From: Octopus vulgaris
Taxonomy: Eukaryota
Direction of reading: 5' to 3'
DNA: 64,000 nucleotides
Assembly: GCA_951406725.2 (NCBI GenBank)
Contig: OX597833.1
Coordinates: 68,200,001-68,264,000, forward strand
Positions 1 through 13,074 of the stretch are shown in pieces; position 1 is the stretch's first letter; each line of letters begins with the position of its first letter. Under the pieces are notes generated by a model. That model made no database searches. It had not been told where the DNA came from and saw only the letters and a program-made list of their open reading frames with translations. A program made the translations under genes and the position numbers.

Positions 1-634
1 GAAAATACGAATATATTGTTTTCGAGCGAAGCTGTATTTATAAAGGAGTGAAAGATCTTGGAAAAGAGACGCATTTGAAAAAGAAAATTTAGGATGGAGT
101 TCTCTGTAAAATGTTTATTTCCTTTGATGTTGGTGCGGACAGAATAAATCTTAAGTTAGATCTGATTGATTAGTAGAATATTTTTCAAAGAGAAGCCTTG
201 AATCTTGTCAGAGGAAGGTCAAATGTGATCTTCACAAGACTTGTGTTATATGAAGTCCTCCCAAAACTTCTGCGTCAAAGACAGACGCCCATTCACCTCA
301 TGGTACAAACAGGCGCGCAAACATACACATACACACATTTGTCTACATACACATACACACAAAAAAATCACATACGCCCGGCATATACTTAAAAAGCCTC
401 GGTTGCAGAGAAATATTAGGAATGTAAACATACGTTTTCTATGCTTCATCAGAAGAATTCACCACAAAGTTTCCTCTTCAAAATCTCACGAAGAATGTCT
501 TCTAATTTTATATATTTTGTGTCCGTTTCCTTGCGCATCCCCTGTATGCACACACACACACATACACACACATACACACACACACTCACACACACACATA
601 CTCACACACACACACACTCACACACACACACACA

Positions 635-709
<75 letters not shown>

Positions 710-748
710 TCACTCACTCACACACACTCACACAGACACACACACACA

Positions 749-787
<39 letters not shown>

Positions 788-796
788 ACACACATA

Positions 797-869
<73 letters not shown>

Positions 870-1054
870 TCACACACACACACTCACACACGCACACACA
901 CACTCACACTCACACACACTCACACTCACACACACTCACACAGACACACACACACACACACTCACACACACACACACACACTCACACACACACTCACTCA
1001 CTCACTCACCACTCACTCACTCATTCACCACTCACTCACCACCTCTCTCTCTCA

Positions 1055-1085
<31 letters not shown>

Positions 1086-1147
1086 TCACACACACACTCA
1101 CTCACTCACCACTCACTCACTCTCTCTCTCACACACACACACACACA

Positions 1148-1186
<39 letters not shown>

Positions 1187-1700
1187 TCACTCACTCACTC
1201 ACTCACTCACTCACTCACTCACTCACTCTCTCTCTCTCTCTCACACACATACACACAACACACCCATAGATGTTACAGCGTCTGACAGAAGACTTTGCTG
1301 TGACATTTGTTTCGGCCCCGTTAACTTTGAACTTCAGATTTCCTGCTCCCCATGCACTTGCATTCCTTATTTAGGTTTCATTAGACAAAGTGCCTCCTCA
1401 GTGCTGGTGCATCTCTCTGTGCTCTCGAGATAATCCAGCATGAAATTGCAATTAGTTTAAGCGTGGATGGGCTGAATGGATTGTTATCTTTTCTCATGGG
1501 TATTTGAAACATGCAGGGATTATGCGATAGAATGGTAAATTTTACCCCATCCTCCTTCATTGCAGCTAGCTTTCGAAAATTGAATAGAGTTTGACTAATG
1601 TAGAGGAACAAATCTCTTTAGAATTACTGTTTGAACAAATACCAGGCATTTGTTAGAATATAATCTGAAATGAAAGCAGAGGGGAAAAGCTGAACATTAA
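1..1700 (-). mobile_element. Highly decayed LINE (CR1/Jockey-like) reverse-transcriptase fragment, interrupted by the (CA)n tract
   Basis: Manual minus-strand translation with stops and frameshifts gives RT-like remnants in the expected order: VILKRFVP, IPMRKDNNPFSPS (cf. PIPKKG..PSNYRPI), LDYLES, STEEAL, HGE, FWEDFI, KHFTENSIL (cf. FADDSTL). Spacing is roughly right once the microsatellite is removed. No homology search was run. Confidence 0.4.
549..1262. repeat. Compound (CA)n/(CACT)n microsatellite, ~0.7 kb
   Basis: Seen directly; it explains the His-Thr ORFs at 241..1269 and 441..1433. Confidence 0.98.
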
Positions 1701-1985
1701 ATGCGGGATTAGGGTAACTACAGAAATTATAAAAAGGTCATTAGGGAAAATGAAGGGGTTTGAAAGGGTACAATGTATTAGCTTAGATACGGATGTTTGA
1801 CGGTTGAAACATCGCCTGTAGTTTGGAAATTTCGAAATGACTATGTTTATTGCGACAGTATACGCGAACAAAATGTTTAAGAAGGAATATCTATTTATAT
1901 ATTGAGTAAAATGAGTCAACAAAGCCAAGGCAGTGTGACATTTCTAGGGCATTTATAAAGACATGGGTTTCAGGAATATAAAGGA

Positions 1986-2350
1986 CTAGCAGTATCGCCC
2001 GGCGTTGCTCAGGTTTGTAAGGGAAATAACTATAAAGCATTTTTAGAGAGTTATAGCCAAAAAATGGAAAAAAATGATGGTAAATTTTTTTTGAGAGTAA
2101 AAAAGGTGGAGTTGCGTCCCCTAGACGGTTTGTGTTTCTGATTCTCGACCCCATGTCGAATTTATCGATTTTTTTCAGAACTGGGGGAACTTTTCAAAAT
2201 TTTCGCTGCGTTAGTTTTGAATTATGACATTGGGCTATGTGTGTGTCAAGTTTCATCAGAATCGGTTGAAAGCCGTGGTCAGGGTGAGGGTACAAGCAAA
2301 CAGACACACAGAAACACGCACAGACAAACTGCCGTTTATATAGAGAGAGA
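1986..2350 (-). mobile_element. Non-autonomous Helitron
   Basis: Minus strand reads A|TCTCTCTCTATATAAAC...CCTGAGCAACGCCGGGCGATACTGCTAG|T. It has a 5' TC, a 3' GC-rich hairpin plus CTAG, an A|T insertion site and no TSD. Confidence 0.85.
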
Positions 2351-2577
2351 TATCCCGTCATAAGAGACGATATGAGGAAGTTAACAGAAGGAAATAGTAG
2401 TTCAGTATAAGATGTTATTTTGGAAAGGGGGACATATAGGAAATATAAAGGGATATATGCAAATAAAAATATGTTTGGAGTTACTGTTGCAGTTCCATTA
2501 TCCAAGGAATGTGCTGTATAGAATGGGTAAAGAAGTTTCCTGTCCATGGCGTGTATTTTATTATAAATGTATGTATA

Positions 2578-2614
<37 letters not shown>

Positions 2615-2617
<3 letters not shown>

Positions 2618-2756
2618 GCTCAGGAATAGAAATAGAAAAAAGTCTTTTAAGTTTCGAGCCTACGCTCTTCGACAGAAAGATACACAGAAAAGAGAAATAA
2701 GGAGAGAAATAAGGAGAGAAAAAATGCGTGTAGGAGCTAACGATCTATCATGGCGT
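2615..2756 (-). mobile_element. Short Penelope-like hammerhead-bearing element (family H1)
   Basis: Near-identical to 23143-23265; abuts (TA)n; contains the hammerhead motif. Confidence 0.7.
2642..2680 (-). ncRNA. Minimal type-I hammerhead ribozyme motif, H1 variant (CUGUCGA core)
   Basis: UCUUU-CUGUCGA-A-GAGC(GUAG)GCUC-GAAA-CUUA-AAAGA: stem I UCUUU/AAAGA, stem II GAGC/GCUC. Confidence 0.65.
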
Positions 2757-3029
2757 CCTGATTTTGGACATATACACTCTAATATCGAACAGTGAGAATG
2801 AGGGATCAGCACTGCATTGGTGGATAAATATTCTTTATTTGGGGGTTAACATGACTACCAACGTTTTCATATTAGGTGGGGGCTCTCTTTAACAATTGGT
2901 ACCTATTCTATCCCACTCCATATATATATATATATATATTATAATGTGGGATAAATTTTTTTTTTTTCGAAAAAAAATTTTATCAATGGCCAGCATATTA
3001 AAAAATTACCTTTAAAGGTTAAAATTATA

Positions 3030-3280
3030 AACAACTTATAAATAAGGGCAAACGAAAAAAATTTCTAATGCCAGATATGCCACATGTATCACTGACGAAG
3101 GAAGGGTGCTTACGAACTAACCCTGAGATCGGTCCGATATGGTAATAATAGAATGTTTTAGAAATTTCTGTCGGCTTTTTTCGAGTAGCGTGCGTATTGT
3201 AATAAATTATGGTAATGGACAACATTTTGGGCATATTTGGCATTAGAAAATTTTTTTCGTTTGCCCTTATTTATAAGTTG

Positions 3281-3282
<2 letters not shown>
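3030..3282. mobile_element. Inverted-repeat element (~52-bp arms at 3030-3081 and 3230-3282) enclosing a decayed hammerhead-like motif (3087-3139); Penelope-like
   Basis: Arms are near-perfect reverse complements. The interior reads UAUCA-CUGACGA...AGGG..CCCU-GAGA-UCGGUC-CGAUA, with GAAA mutated. Flanked by (TA)n. Confidence 0.6.
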
Positions 3283-3344
<62 letters not shown>

Positions 3345-4570
3345 TAACAGTTAAGTGCCTTAAAATGTCATTTTCCAATAGTAGAACACTGTGTTGATGG
3401 TTATTTTGTCAACAATTTTATGATTAATATTTTAGTTTTACACAAATTTGCGCCTTTATTTGAAATATCGAAAGGGTCTAGATAATAAGCATGAGCTTGT
3501 GTGCAACACGCATAAAGAATCTGTAAGTATACATGTAGCCTTGTGTTTTCACACAAAATGCAAAGAGTCTTCATACTCGGACATAGCCATCAAATAAATG
3601 TTAACAAACGCCATTTTTTTGCCTAACAGATTTAACCGAAACACAACTTTTATTGTCAGCGCTGACACTCTCTGCCATTAGTCAGTCAGTAAAGGAAAAT
3701 CATAGAGCTTTGAATATAATATAAAAACAAAGAAGAATTATGCATCGCTGGTCTTTATTCAAATACAGTGGATCTTTATATGCAGCAAGAAAAATAATGA
3801 TTCCTTTTATAACAAGAAAAACAAAATAAATGAAACATGAATTGAAATTATTTGTCAGATGGCATCAGAAAAAATACCAAACAACAAAGTAATCTGTGTG
3901 AGAGGTGGCAGCTGTTACAATCTCCTAAACATTTGGAACGAAAATTGAAACAAAAAATATCAAATGCAACACGTTTAGATTTTCTTTATCCTCAGAAAAT
4001 ATGAATTAAAAAAAAAACAAGCCCAAAAATGGAGATTCTGTATTTGACAGGTGTTAAATCTCAACCGTCACCATACAAGAATATAATTTTAAAAATATGC
4101 ATATTTATTTTAGTCATACCATTTTCCGGCGTGCTTTACATTTCTTCTTCTCATGTCGTTACATCTTGGACTTTTTTCCCTGTTTCTTTCAACCAAGAGC
4201 TTATGATTAAGTTCAAAAAAAAAAAAAAAAAAGAAGCGCAAAGAAAATGAAACAAACAAATATGAGAACATTATTGTATCGAGAAACCGCTTAGGTTTTC
4301 AGGGTTTTTCCCTAGCTTGCACATTCTATTATTGACATCACTCCTCATACTTCGCAGATCGACGTTCTACTGACTTAATAATGTAAATTTCTTCCATTTT
4401 CTCCTATGTTTAAAATGTCAGATTTATTTTTTCGGATTTTTTATTATTATTAGCTTTATAGCTTGCTGGAAAAAGCTGCAACACTTTAGAAGAGAATGTA
4501 AAATTACTATATTCTAAACTTTCTATTTTTTGAAATAAAATGTTCTTCTGCAATTGTTTCTCTTCTATAA

Positions 4571-4738
4571 GGCAGTGAGCTGAGAGAATCGTCAGCACAT
4601 TGGACAAATAGCTTGGCGGCAATTCTTCAGGCTTTATTTTCCGAGATCAAATTCCACCGAGGTAGCCTTTACATTTTATCATTTCAGGATTGATAAAATG
4701 ATTAACACTCGAGCACTGGGCCTGTAATGGAAACGATT
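4571..4738 (+). mobile_element. SINE family A, old degenerate copy
   Basis: Similarity to the GGCGGCGAGCTGGCAGAATCGTTAGC head and the TTTCATCCTTTCGGGGTCGATAAA core. Confidence 0.6.
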
Positions 4739-4955
4739 ATTTCTCTTGTATCGGAGAGTAAGTGAGGAGAGAGAATGAGGAGAGTCAGTGAGAGTATGTG
4801 AAATATAGAGATTGCGAGAGAGAAAAATACAGATAAGTGTTGAAAGCGAGGCTACAGCACAGCGCAAGGGAACAGTGTTGTGAGAAACGACAATGAATAA
4901 CGGGATAGGAGGAGCCTACATTGCAGAACAAAGTAGAAATTTATATATATATATA

Positions 4956-5340
4956 CTAGCAGTATCGCACGGCGTTGCTCGGGTTTGTAAGGGAAATAAC
5001 TATATAAGCATTTTTAGAGAGTTATAGCAAAAAAATGCATTAAAAATGGAAAAAAATTATGGTAAATTTTTTTTAAATCGTTGACTCATCGTAGACATTT
5101 TTAGAGAGTTACTTCCCTTATATAATAGCGAAAAAATGCATTAAAATGGAAAAAATGCTGGTAATTTTTTTTTTTAAATCGTAGACTCATCGTAGACGCG
5201 CGCTAATACCCAGAAGGGCTCGATATGAATCACGACTATAAGATACCCAGTTTTGGTCAAACTGCACCGCAAAATGTGGGAGTAGTTAGGAATCTAAATC
5301 GTAGGAGACAGACACACAACTTGACTTTTATATATAAAGA
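4956..5340 (-). mobile_element. Non-autonomous Helitron
   Basis: Minus strand reads A|TCTTTATATATAAAAGTC...CCCGAGCAACGCCGTGCGATACTGCTAG|T, inserted in (TA)n. It shares its 3' ~100 bp with 1986-2350. Confidence 0.85.
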
Positions 5341-5589
5341 TATATATATATATATAAAATTTAGAGGATTGAGCACTAAAAGTGGACAGTCTGTATGCTA
5401 GATATAGACGTCAAAATTGCCATTTTCCGCGGAGAATGTGTTTTCAAGGAAAAATTCAGCAAAAGACAAAGTCGTTGGCAGGGACAACAACAGAAGAGTG
5501 GGCAACAGGTTGAGGCAGTTCAGTCGGTAGAGGTTTAAATTCACTACAGCATAATGCTTTCTACTATATTCACAAAGCCAGAAGTTTTG

Positions 5590-5757
5590 GGGGAGAGGCC
5601 TAGTCGACTAGATGGACTCTAAAGCTAAAATAGTACATATTTTATTGACTCAGAAAGGATGGAAGGCAAAGTCACAGCAGAAAACTGAGCCTATAATACA
5701 GTAGAGTAAGAAATGTCGCGAAGGATTTTGTCCGGCCGCTAAAGATTCTGTCCGCCC
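5590..5757 (-). mobile_element. SINE family A, degenerate
   Basis: GAAAGGATGGAAGGCAAAGTC core and a remnant head. Confidence 0.5.
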
Positions 5758-7293
5758 ATTACGTCATAATACAATACTCTGATTATTAAATACACAGACA
5801 TAAAGACAAACATTAAAATATATCATAATGGGCATCAACGCCATGTCATAGGGTAGTCTAACCGAGGTTTTTTTCACGAGAGACTCAACGTTCCCTGTTA
5901 TTACACCAATTCCTGTAACTCGCAATTGCGCAAAACACTTTTTAACCAGTGAAAAATATCTACGGGAAGTCGCTTAAAATATCAATGCCTCATTATTTTC
6001 TTACGCTGCATGTACATTATCATTTCTCGAGTGAACGACAAAGATAAAAGTACTTCCTGTTTATGTTTCATCACAAAAATAATGTATATATATATAATTA
6101 TATACAATGGAGGGCGTTAGCTTATCTAGTTAAATCAATGCAATTATAACAAAAGCCCTATGGTGTGGTAACTTTTCAAAATATTGGCAATTATTTACGT
6201 CTTTAATTTAAACTTAAAGTTATGATACAGTAAGATGCGAGATGACGAATGGTTTGTAATCCTTGTGAGGAAATAGTCATGATATCTCCTTCAGATCTTG
6301 TTCTACTGATTGTGGGAGAAATACGCTCAGAAAAATTAGCAAATCTCGAATTTTTATCTTTATCTTTTATCTCTCACTGGCGTGGTCAATCATTTTGTCC
6401 GGCATGCTAACGACTCTTCATAATAATAATAATAATAATAATTACCATTATTATCTTCCACTCTTCTTCCTCCTTTCACTTCGAATTATTAATGTATATC
6501 GCTTGATATTTAAAACAAACAAATGCACTAGATTATTCGCCAACTCTCAGCAAGAACGTTCTGTGAAGAGTCGGGATTGGAGGTCATCAAAAATTAGGAC
6601 GCACGATTTATTGACTCATACGAGTTGAGGACTAAAATAAACAGAAATTAAAATAAACATTATTGCCGGGACATCTACAATCGGTTCATGAATCTGGGTT
6701 TCAAAGTGCAAATTATCTTTGAATAGAAATCTCATTATCATTAACCCACAAACCGACCAATGTTTAGGAAAGTGAAAAAACAGAGACCCGAGAAGAATGT
6801 TATTTCAAGTGTCTGTACACTAAATATATACAGACACGTACACACATACATATGCCCCATGCAGGCATGTATATTTATAGACTATGCGGATGCATGTATA
6901 TTTATATATGTCTAAACAGAGAGATGTAGTGAGAGAGGTTGTTGAGTAACAGCTTCAAGAGATATACCCGTGCACTCGCGCACACTTACAGCCGAATATA
7001 TACGTGTGGATATGCGCACAAACACGCAAGCGCACAGAAACGTATGATCATGTAAATGCAAAACAAGGAGGAAGAAATAGCACTCAAGTACCAAAGGCAG
7101 AGTAATATTCTGTTATTAAAATGTTGAATAATCTTCACAATATGTTACTCAGTGCTTCACGTGAACGTTTATCAGATAATTGTAATAACGCGGATTAATT
7201 AAGTTATGTAATTAAATTAATAATTTAATTTTCTCTTTTATCACAACAGTCGCGTGAACGATCACGTGGAACTCTAACTCCTTCAGTAAAATA

Positions 7294-7346
<53 letters not shown>

Positions 7347-7349
<3 letters not shown>

Positions 7350-7682
7350 TAAGAAACTTGCTTTCCAACCACATGGTTCCAGGTTCAGTCTCATGCGTGG
7401 CACGTTGAGCTAGTGGCTTCTACTATAACCTCGGGTCGACCAAGTCTTGTGAGTGGATTTGGAACGCGGAAACTGAAAGAAGACCATTGTGTATGTACGT
7501 ATGTCTGTGTATATGTGTCTGTTCGTCCCCCACACCATCACTCGACAACACGGTTCGGCAAACGATGCCGAAAGCATAAATACTTGGCTTACAAAGAATA
7601 AGTTTTGGGGTCGACCTGTTCGACTAAAGGCGGTGCTCGAGCATGGCCGCAATCAAATGACTGAAACAAATAAAAGGATAAA
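7347..7682 (+). mobile_element. SINE family B, diverged
   Basis: Matches the intact copies at 46781 and 50426 in the head, internal microsatellite and GAAACAA(G/A)TAAAAG tail. Confidence 0.85.
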
Positions 7683-7692
7683 GTAATATACA

Positions 7693-7936
7693 TATAGGCC
7701 GTTGCCAAAGTAGGGTTACAGTATCACTTGAATGTTATGACACTTAATTCATTAAAATTATGAACATTAAATTAGTTAGCCTCATTTATAATAGTTTCAG
7801 TGTCATTAATCATAACAATACATCTATGATAACTATATCGATACTTTTATCGTAGAGTTTAATTTTTCTATGAAAATAAATCAACATTGTACGTGTTCAC
7901 TTTTTTTCATAACTGCATACCTACTTTGTACCACCC

Positions 7937-7940
<4 letters not shown>
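7693..7940. mobile_element. Putative decayed Tc1/mariner-type MITE
   Basis: Imperfect ~28-bp terminal inverted repeats (TAGGCCGTTGCCAAAGTAGGGTTACAGT versus reverse-complement TAGGGTGGTACAAAGTAGGTATGCAGT) in a TA context. Confidence 0.45.
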
Positions 7941-7989
<49 letters not shown>

Positions 7990-8482
7990 AATGTGTGTAT
8001 TACAGTGTTTGTATCTGATTATGAAACTTCACTTAACGTCCTACTTCCATGCTAGCATGGGATGGATGTTGTGAGGGAGATTTGGCTGTCAGTTCAAGTA
8101 AGCAAATCAACAACGAAGATGCAAAATGTATACCAATTAAGCGGCGATTTCCCAGCTCTGAGAGTTTGTGTATTGATCTTCTGTACCGCATCTGAGATTT
8201 ACTTTCGGCAAATATATACTTAATAGAATACGTCAAATATTTACGATTACACCCGCGCGACAATGTATTTCATGCAAGCTTGTTACTCTGAAAATCGTGA
8301 TAATGTATTAAGGACATCCACGAAGCTGTGGAAGCAGCTGCAGTGGATAGGAATAACTTGTTTATCCTTGTATTACAGGCCTACAAGAATTGTGTACCTC
8401 GTTGATATTTTTTTTATTTATCCGTTATTGTGTTTCCGTATGTACGTGTAACAGAATGTATACATACAGCCACCCCCACATA

Positions 8483-8515
<33 letters not shown>

Positions 8516-8567
8516 TCTTTACATTATTTACATTCGACGGATATTTGTCCTCATCTTGTTTGTTGTT

Positions 8568-8613
8568 AACACACCTTTTCGGCTGATATACCCTCCAGCC
8601 TTCTTCAGGTGTC
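8568..8613 (-). ncRNA. Minimal hammerhead motif H3 (cleavage triplet decayed)
   Basis: GACAC-CUGAAGA-A-GGCUG(10 nt)CAGCC-GAAA-AGGU-GUGUU. Confidence 0.6.
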
Positions 8614-8744
8614 TCGGGGAAATTTAAAACCTGGGTTCTCATTCCTAAGGTATTCTTCGGTGTTATTATAATAATAATATTTATTATTGTTCAGGTCATT
8701 ACTTGGAATCAAATTCGGAATCTTGGGGTTCCAAATTTCCCCAA

Positions 8745-8790
8745 GACACCTGATGAAACCTGGAGGATATATCAGCCGAAACATTGTGTT
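8745..8790 (+). ncRNA. Minimal hammerhead motif H3 (stem II decayed)
   Basis: GACAC-CUGAUGA-A-ACCUG(10 nt)CAGCC-GAAA-CAUU-GUGUU. Confidence 0.6.
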
Positions 8791-10321
8791 AACAACAAGA
8801 TGAGGACAAATACCCGTCAAATGTAAATAATATAATTAACGTACACAATTCCTCATCTCTTAAAAATAATACTGTGTCTCCCTCTCTGTTGATATATATG
8901 TTTGACTTCATAGTCTCTCGAGTCCCAGAAGTACGATTCTGCAAGTTATTGCTGACCAACCCACCCAAATGTTTTGTTTATAGTGGTCAAAAGTGTATGC
9001 TATACGTTAACTCATTGCTTGCATCATATTAACATTGCATCTACAGAAGCATGGTGTGCTACACTCTAGATTTCAGAGGGAGCACAGTGCAGCTAGCTTA
9101 AAATGAGATGTTTTGTCAAAAGCATACGCACTGTCAGGTCTCCGAACTGAAACCACGATCTCCCGATCTTAATACACAGTCCCTACTATATAAACATCCC
9201 CTACTATATAAACACACACACACACATCACGTTTTAATAGCGTTACCCCATTATTGTTGCATTGTTGCAGCTCTCGAACTAAAACTGGTTAAGGCAGTAT
9301 ATATATATATATACACACATATATACATACACGCACACGAGTGTGTATGTGTGTGTGTTTGTATGTTGTGTGTATATCCTTGGACATACACATGTTAACA
9401 ACAACGAATGATATTTTCGATAAGCTTTTTTTTTCTTTTCTTTTTTTATTGGTAATTTTAATCTCAAAATGGACAAGGTTTGCTACTTTGATTAACCAGC
9501 ATATTTTAATTAATTTTGCAAATTTTCGTTCGTTCTTTTGTTACGTAATGCTTTGATGTCAGATGAAGAAGGAATTGTGTGGTGTAGTATAAAAAGAACA
9601 GAACAGAACAGAAAAGAAGGAGGTATTGGAAGAATAAAGCGAATGAAACGAGTGGGACAGTGCAACGAAAATGAGCGGAGAATGTGAATGGATGCTGGAA
9701 AGTACATTATCCGTTTGCTTTATATAGATTTTAATTTGTCAAGAAATTATGATTTCATGTAGAGAGAAAGAGAGGGGAGTGAGAGAGGGAGGCAGTGAGA
9801 TAGTGAGAAATTGGTGAATTGGGAGAGATCAATCGAAAGAAGTAAATAGGGAGATAGGGAAGGAAAGAGATGTGGATGATTAGTAAAGCGTCTCGTATCA
9901 GATATGAAGGGATTTGAATTAAGGACAGAAAGAAAATTTGATGGATTGAGAGAGATCAATCAAAACACAATGAGGGAGAAAGACAGACAGAGAGATAGAT
10001 GAGCGGGAGAAAGAAGATGTATGAGTGATGGAAGTTAAATCTGCACTAAGACTGATGAGAAAACACGAAAAGGGGAGGATAATGAATAATAGCTAATGAA
10101 AAATAGCGGCTTATATACAGATTGAACTGGAAACTGCATATAAAAGTTTCCATGTCTAAAATCACACGTAAATATTCTATGTGCATTGTGTATGTATTGG
10201 GCTTTCAAATTAAGCTTCGGTTCGGTTTCCCACCAAGCAAAACGTTAAGGTCCATTAGTACTAAGCTTCTGTATAAATTCCACTTTACTTCCACTCAAAT
10301 GTCCTTTAAAATAATAACGTA

Positions 10322-10362
<41 letters not shown>

Positions 10363-10370
10363 CATATATA

Positions 10371-10600
10371 CAGGCAGTATCGCCCGACGTTGCTCGGTTT
10401 TGTTTCGACCCTTCAGAATTGGAATTTTCGAAAAGTAAAAGATTTGCATTATGTTGCTTGTTATTCTCTTTAAGTGAACATTTTTCTGGTTGAAATACAC
10501 CAACAACTGGCGACACAGCAGTCAACAAATCGTAAAAAATAGGGATTTTCACAGAAATATTTTTTTGTGTTAACATGGTCCGATTTGAATTTTTTCTTGT
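10371..10600 (-). mobile_element. Helitron fragment with the same 3' end family but a different interior
   Basis: GCAGTATCGCCCGACGTTGCTCGG matches the 3' hairpin end of the 1986 and 4956 copies. CTAG is mutated and the 5' end is not found. Confidence 0.55.
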
Positions 10601-11310
10601 ACGGGACTGAACGCAGAACTATCTGGTTGGTAAGCAGGTTTCTTACCACACACCCACAATTATTCGAGCGAACCACTTTCATATTGGCAATGTTGACACT
10701 CGATTCCATTTTATCCATTTTGGATGTGAATTAAAAGTATGTATATGTGTGTGCGTGTGTTTTTCACAAGTCACATGTCACACTACTATGGAATTCAAGG
10801 AAAAAGGCACACATGGTCATTGTCATTATGTTTGTGTGTATATATGTAATTACGTTCATAGGTACTTATATATGTCTGTGTGTATATGTATACGTGTGGA
10901 TGTGCATTATACGTTTCAGGAAGTGAACTAATTGTAATCTCGAAGTTTCTATTGTCTAAACTTCTCTCAAGGATGCCAGGCCAAAACTTCGAAGCCACTG
11001 TATATCATTGTCTGGGAAAATTGCACAGTTTCAAGTGAAATTGTTTATAATTTCACTTGACACACATACCCAAACACACAGGCGCACACATACACACACA
11101 TATATATGTATGTATAAATTACATTGTTGTGGGTTTCAAAAGGAGTGCTAGACAGACTTAGAATGGGGAAGTGGGATATATTTGAGAAATAGGAGACTTA
11201 GATTTAGATTTGCAAAGATAAGGTGAATGTAATGAGAGGGAAATATAAATATAGATTTTATGTGAGGAACTAGAAGTGAAACACAAAAGATATCAACATG
11301 ACGTAAGCAT

Positions 11311-11365
<55 letters not shown>
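11311..11365. repeat. (TAGA)n microsatellite
   Basis: Seen directly. Confidence 0.97.
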
Positions 11366-11366
<1 letters not shown>

Positions 11367-12128
11367 GCGAGACAGATATATATAGAGATGTATAAAGCAG
11401 ACAGATTTATGTGGTGAGGGTAGGCGAATCGAAAGCAGAATACAACCAAGGAAATAATATGGTTTGTTACAAACGTAAAAGAATCTAAAGTAACGGTTGG
11501 AAATCGGGAGAAAAGACAAAGATTTGAGGAAATACAATTAAAGATTGTTAGAATAAAAGGCATGTGTGTAATAAAAGTCTCTAGAGACCGAATTAAATTT
11601 GGATAGAATTCCTCAAAAGAAGGAAGCAGAGAGAAAGATGGTAGAAAGAGGGGTGTTTCAGAGAACGACAGCAAATGAGAGAATAATTGGTTGTATGAGA
11701 AGTAGTTCTTAATTATATATTCGTTATAATTATTTCAGATATGTTAGAAATTTATAAATTTATATCGATAAGTGAAAAGACTAAGACAAAAGGGACAATG
11801 ATGTAATTGGTGTATCATAATGAGCGAGCTGCTATCGCTTCTCTGAATGAAGGAAAGAATGTACGAAGAAGCTTAATGAATGAACGACTATTTCTCACTA
11901 TAAGCAACCACCCCAGCTATATATAATATATATATATTCATAGATATACAGACAGATGTGCGTGTGTATAAGTAGATATGTGTATATATCTGTACGCATA
12001 TATCTGAATATGCATGTATGTGTGCGTATGTATGTATATAAGTGTATATATATATACGTAAATATTTGCACGTATATATATAGTATGTGTGTGTTATTCT
12101 AAGACGATTTTGTTGTCTCCTGGTCTAT

Positions 12129-12166
12129 TCTTTCTGTGGAAGAGCTTGTGCTCGAAACATAAAATG
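12129..12166 (+). ncRNA. Minimal hammerhead motif H1 (CUGUGGA core)
   Basis: UCUUU-CUGUGGA-A-GAGC(UUGU)GCUC-GAAA-CAUA-AAAUG; the stem II loop is changed but the stem is kept. Confidence 0.55.
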
Positions 12167-12234
12167 CCTTTCTATCTATTTTGAATAAGTGTGAAAGTTA
12201 CAGTTTCTTGGCCTGTTCGATATTTTTCTCCCAT

Positions 12235-12261
12235 GCATGCATGCATGTATGTATGTATGTA

Positions 12262-12324
<63 letters not shown>

Positions 12325-12355
12325 ATATACATGTATGTATATGTATGTATGTATG
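12235..12355. repeat. (ATGC)(ATGT)n(GT)n compound microsatellite
   Basis: Seen directly. Confidence 0.95.
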
Positions 12356-12674
12356 CTTTTTTGTCCAAACGCGTGGTTGTTCCAATGGAAGTGGGAAGCC
12401 CCTCTGTAGTTGTCACAACGTATCACCAGGGGAAGGAACCTCTGATAGAATAACTGTGACACTGACAATATTCAATGATGCAGACTAGTTCTTCTTTCAG
12501 AGTTTATGTAGTCCATGATCAGAAAGTGCGATTGGGTTTGTGCAAATCCTTCCCTCACATAAAAATCTATCAGGCACAGGCATCGCTTGAAATAGAAAAG
12601 TAAGACCTATTGCGAAAATGGCTGGGACTTGCGATGAATCGATGGCAATACTCAAACACAAGATTTCAGCCATC

Positions 12675-12810
12675 ATGTATGTATGTATGTATGTATGTAT
12701 GTATGTATGTATGTATGTATGTATGGATGGATGGATGGATGGATGGATGGATGGATGGATGGATGGATGGATGGATGGATGGATGTATGGATGGATGTAT
12801 GGATGTATGT
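12675..12810. repeat. (ATGT)n-(ATGG)n compound microsatellite
   Basis: Seen directly. Confidence 0.97.
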
Positions 12811-13074
12811 GAGAAGTAAATACTGTTAATAAAAGGATGAATGAAGGAGCGAACGAATATATTTCATGGTGATCAACATGTATTAGTTTCTAATGGTAAC
12901 GCAAACACTAAATCAAAATAAAAGCAAGGAATAGTGGAATGAACGAATGAATTAGCGAACGAATAGATGCATTCTTTTCTCTTTTTTATTTTTAGGAATA
13001 ATGAATGTAATTCCTTTCCTACTGAAAAACGAAGAAGAAAATATAGCAAACAAACGTGCAAGCAGGAACCCAAA

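Larger units (their letters stand above)
8519..8835. mobile_element. Inverted pair of Penelope-like terminal repeats (~105-bp arms at 8519-8625 and 8733-8835), each arm with a hammerhead (family H3)
   Basis: Arms are reverse complements with a ~107-bp spacer; the hammerheads point outward. Confidence 0.75.

Noticed and set aside
241-1433. 342-aa and 330-aa His/Thr-rich ORFs
   Set aside because: They are translations of (CA)n and have no complex domain.
10052-10075. CTGATGA..GAAA hammerhead-like words (also 25750-25772 and 430-452 minus)
   Set aside because: There is no credible stem I or stem II.
11031-11060. 12-bp stem hairpin; also a 14-bp palindrome TGTCAGCGCTGACA at 3654-3667
   Set aside because: These are isolated short palindromes that are plausible by chance in 64 kb; prokaryotic terminator logic does not apply.
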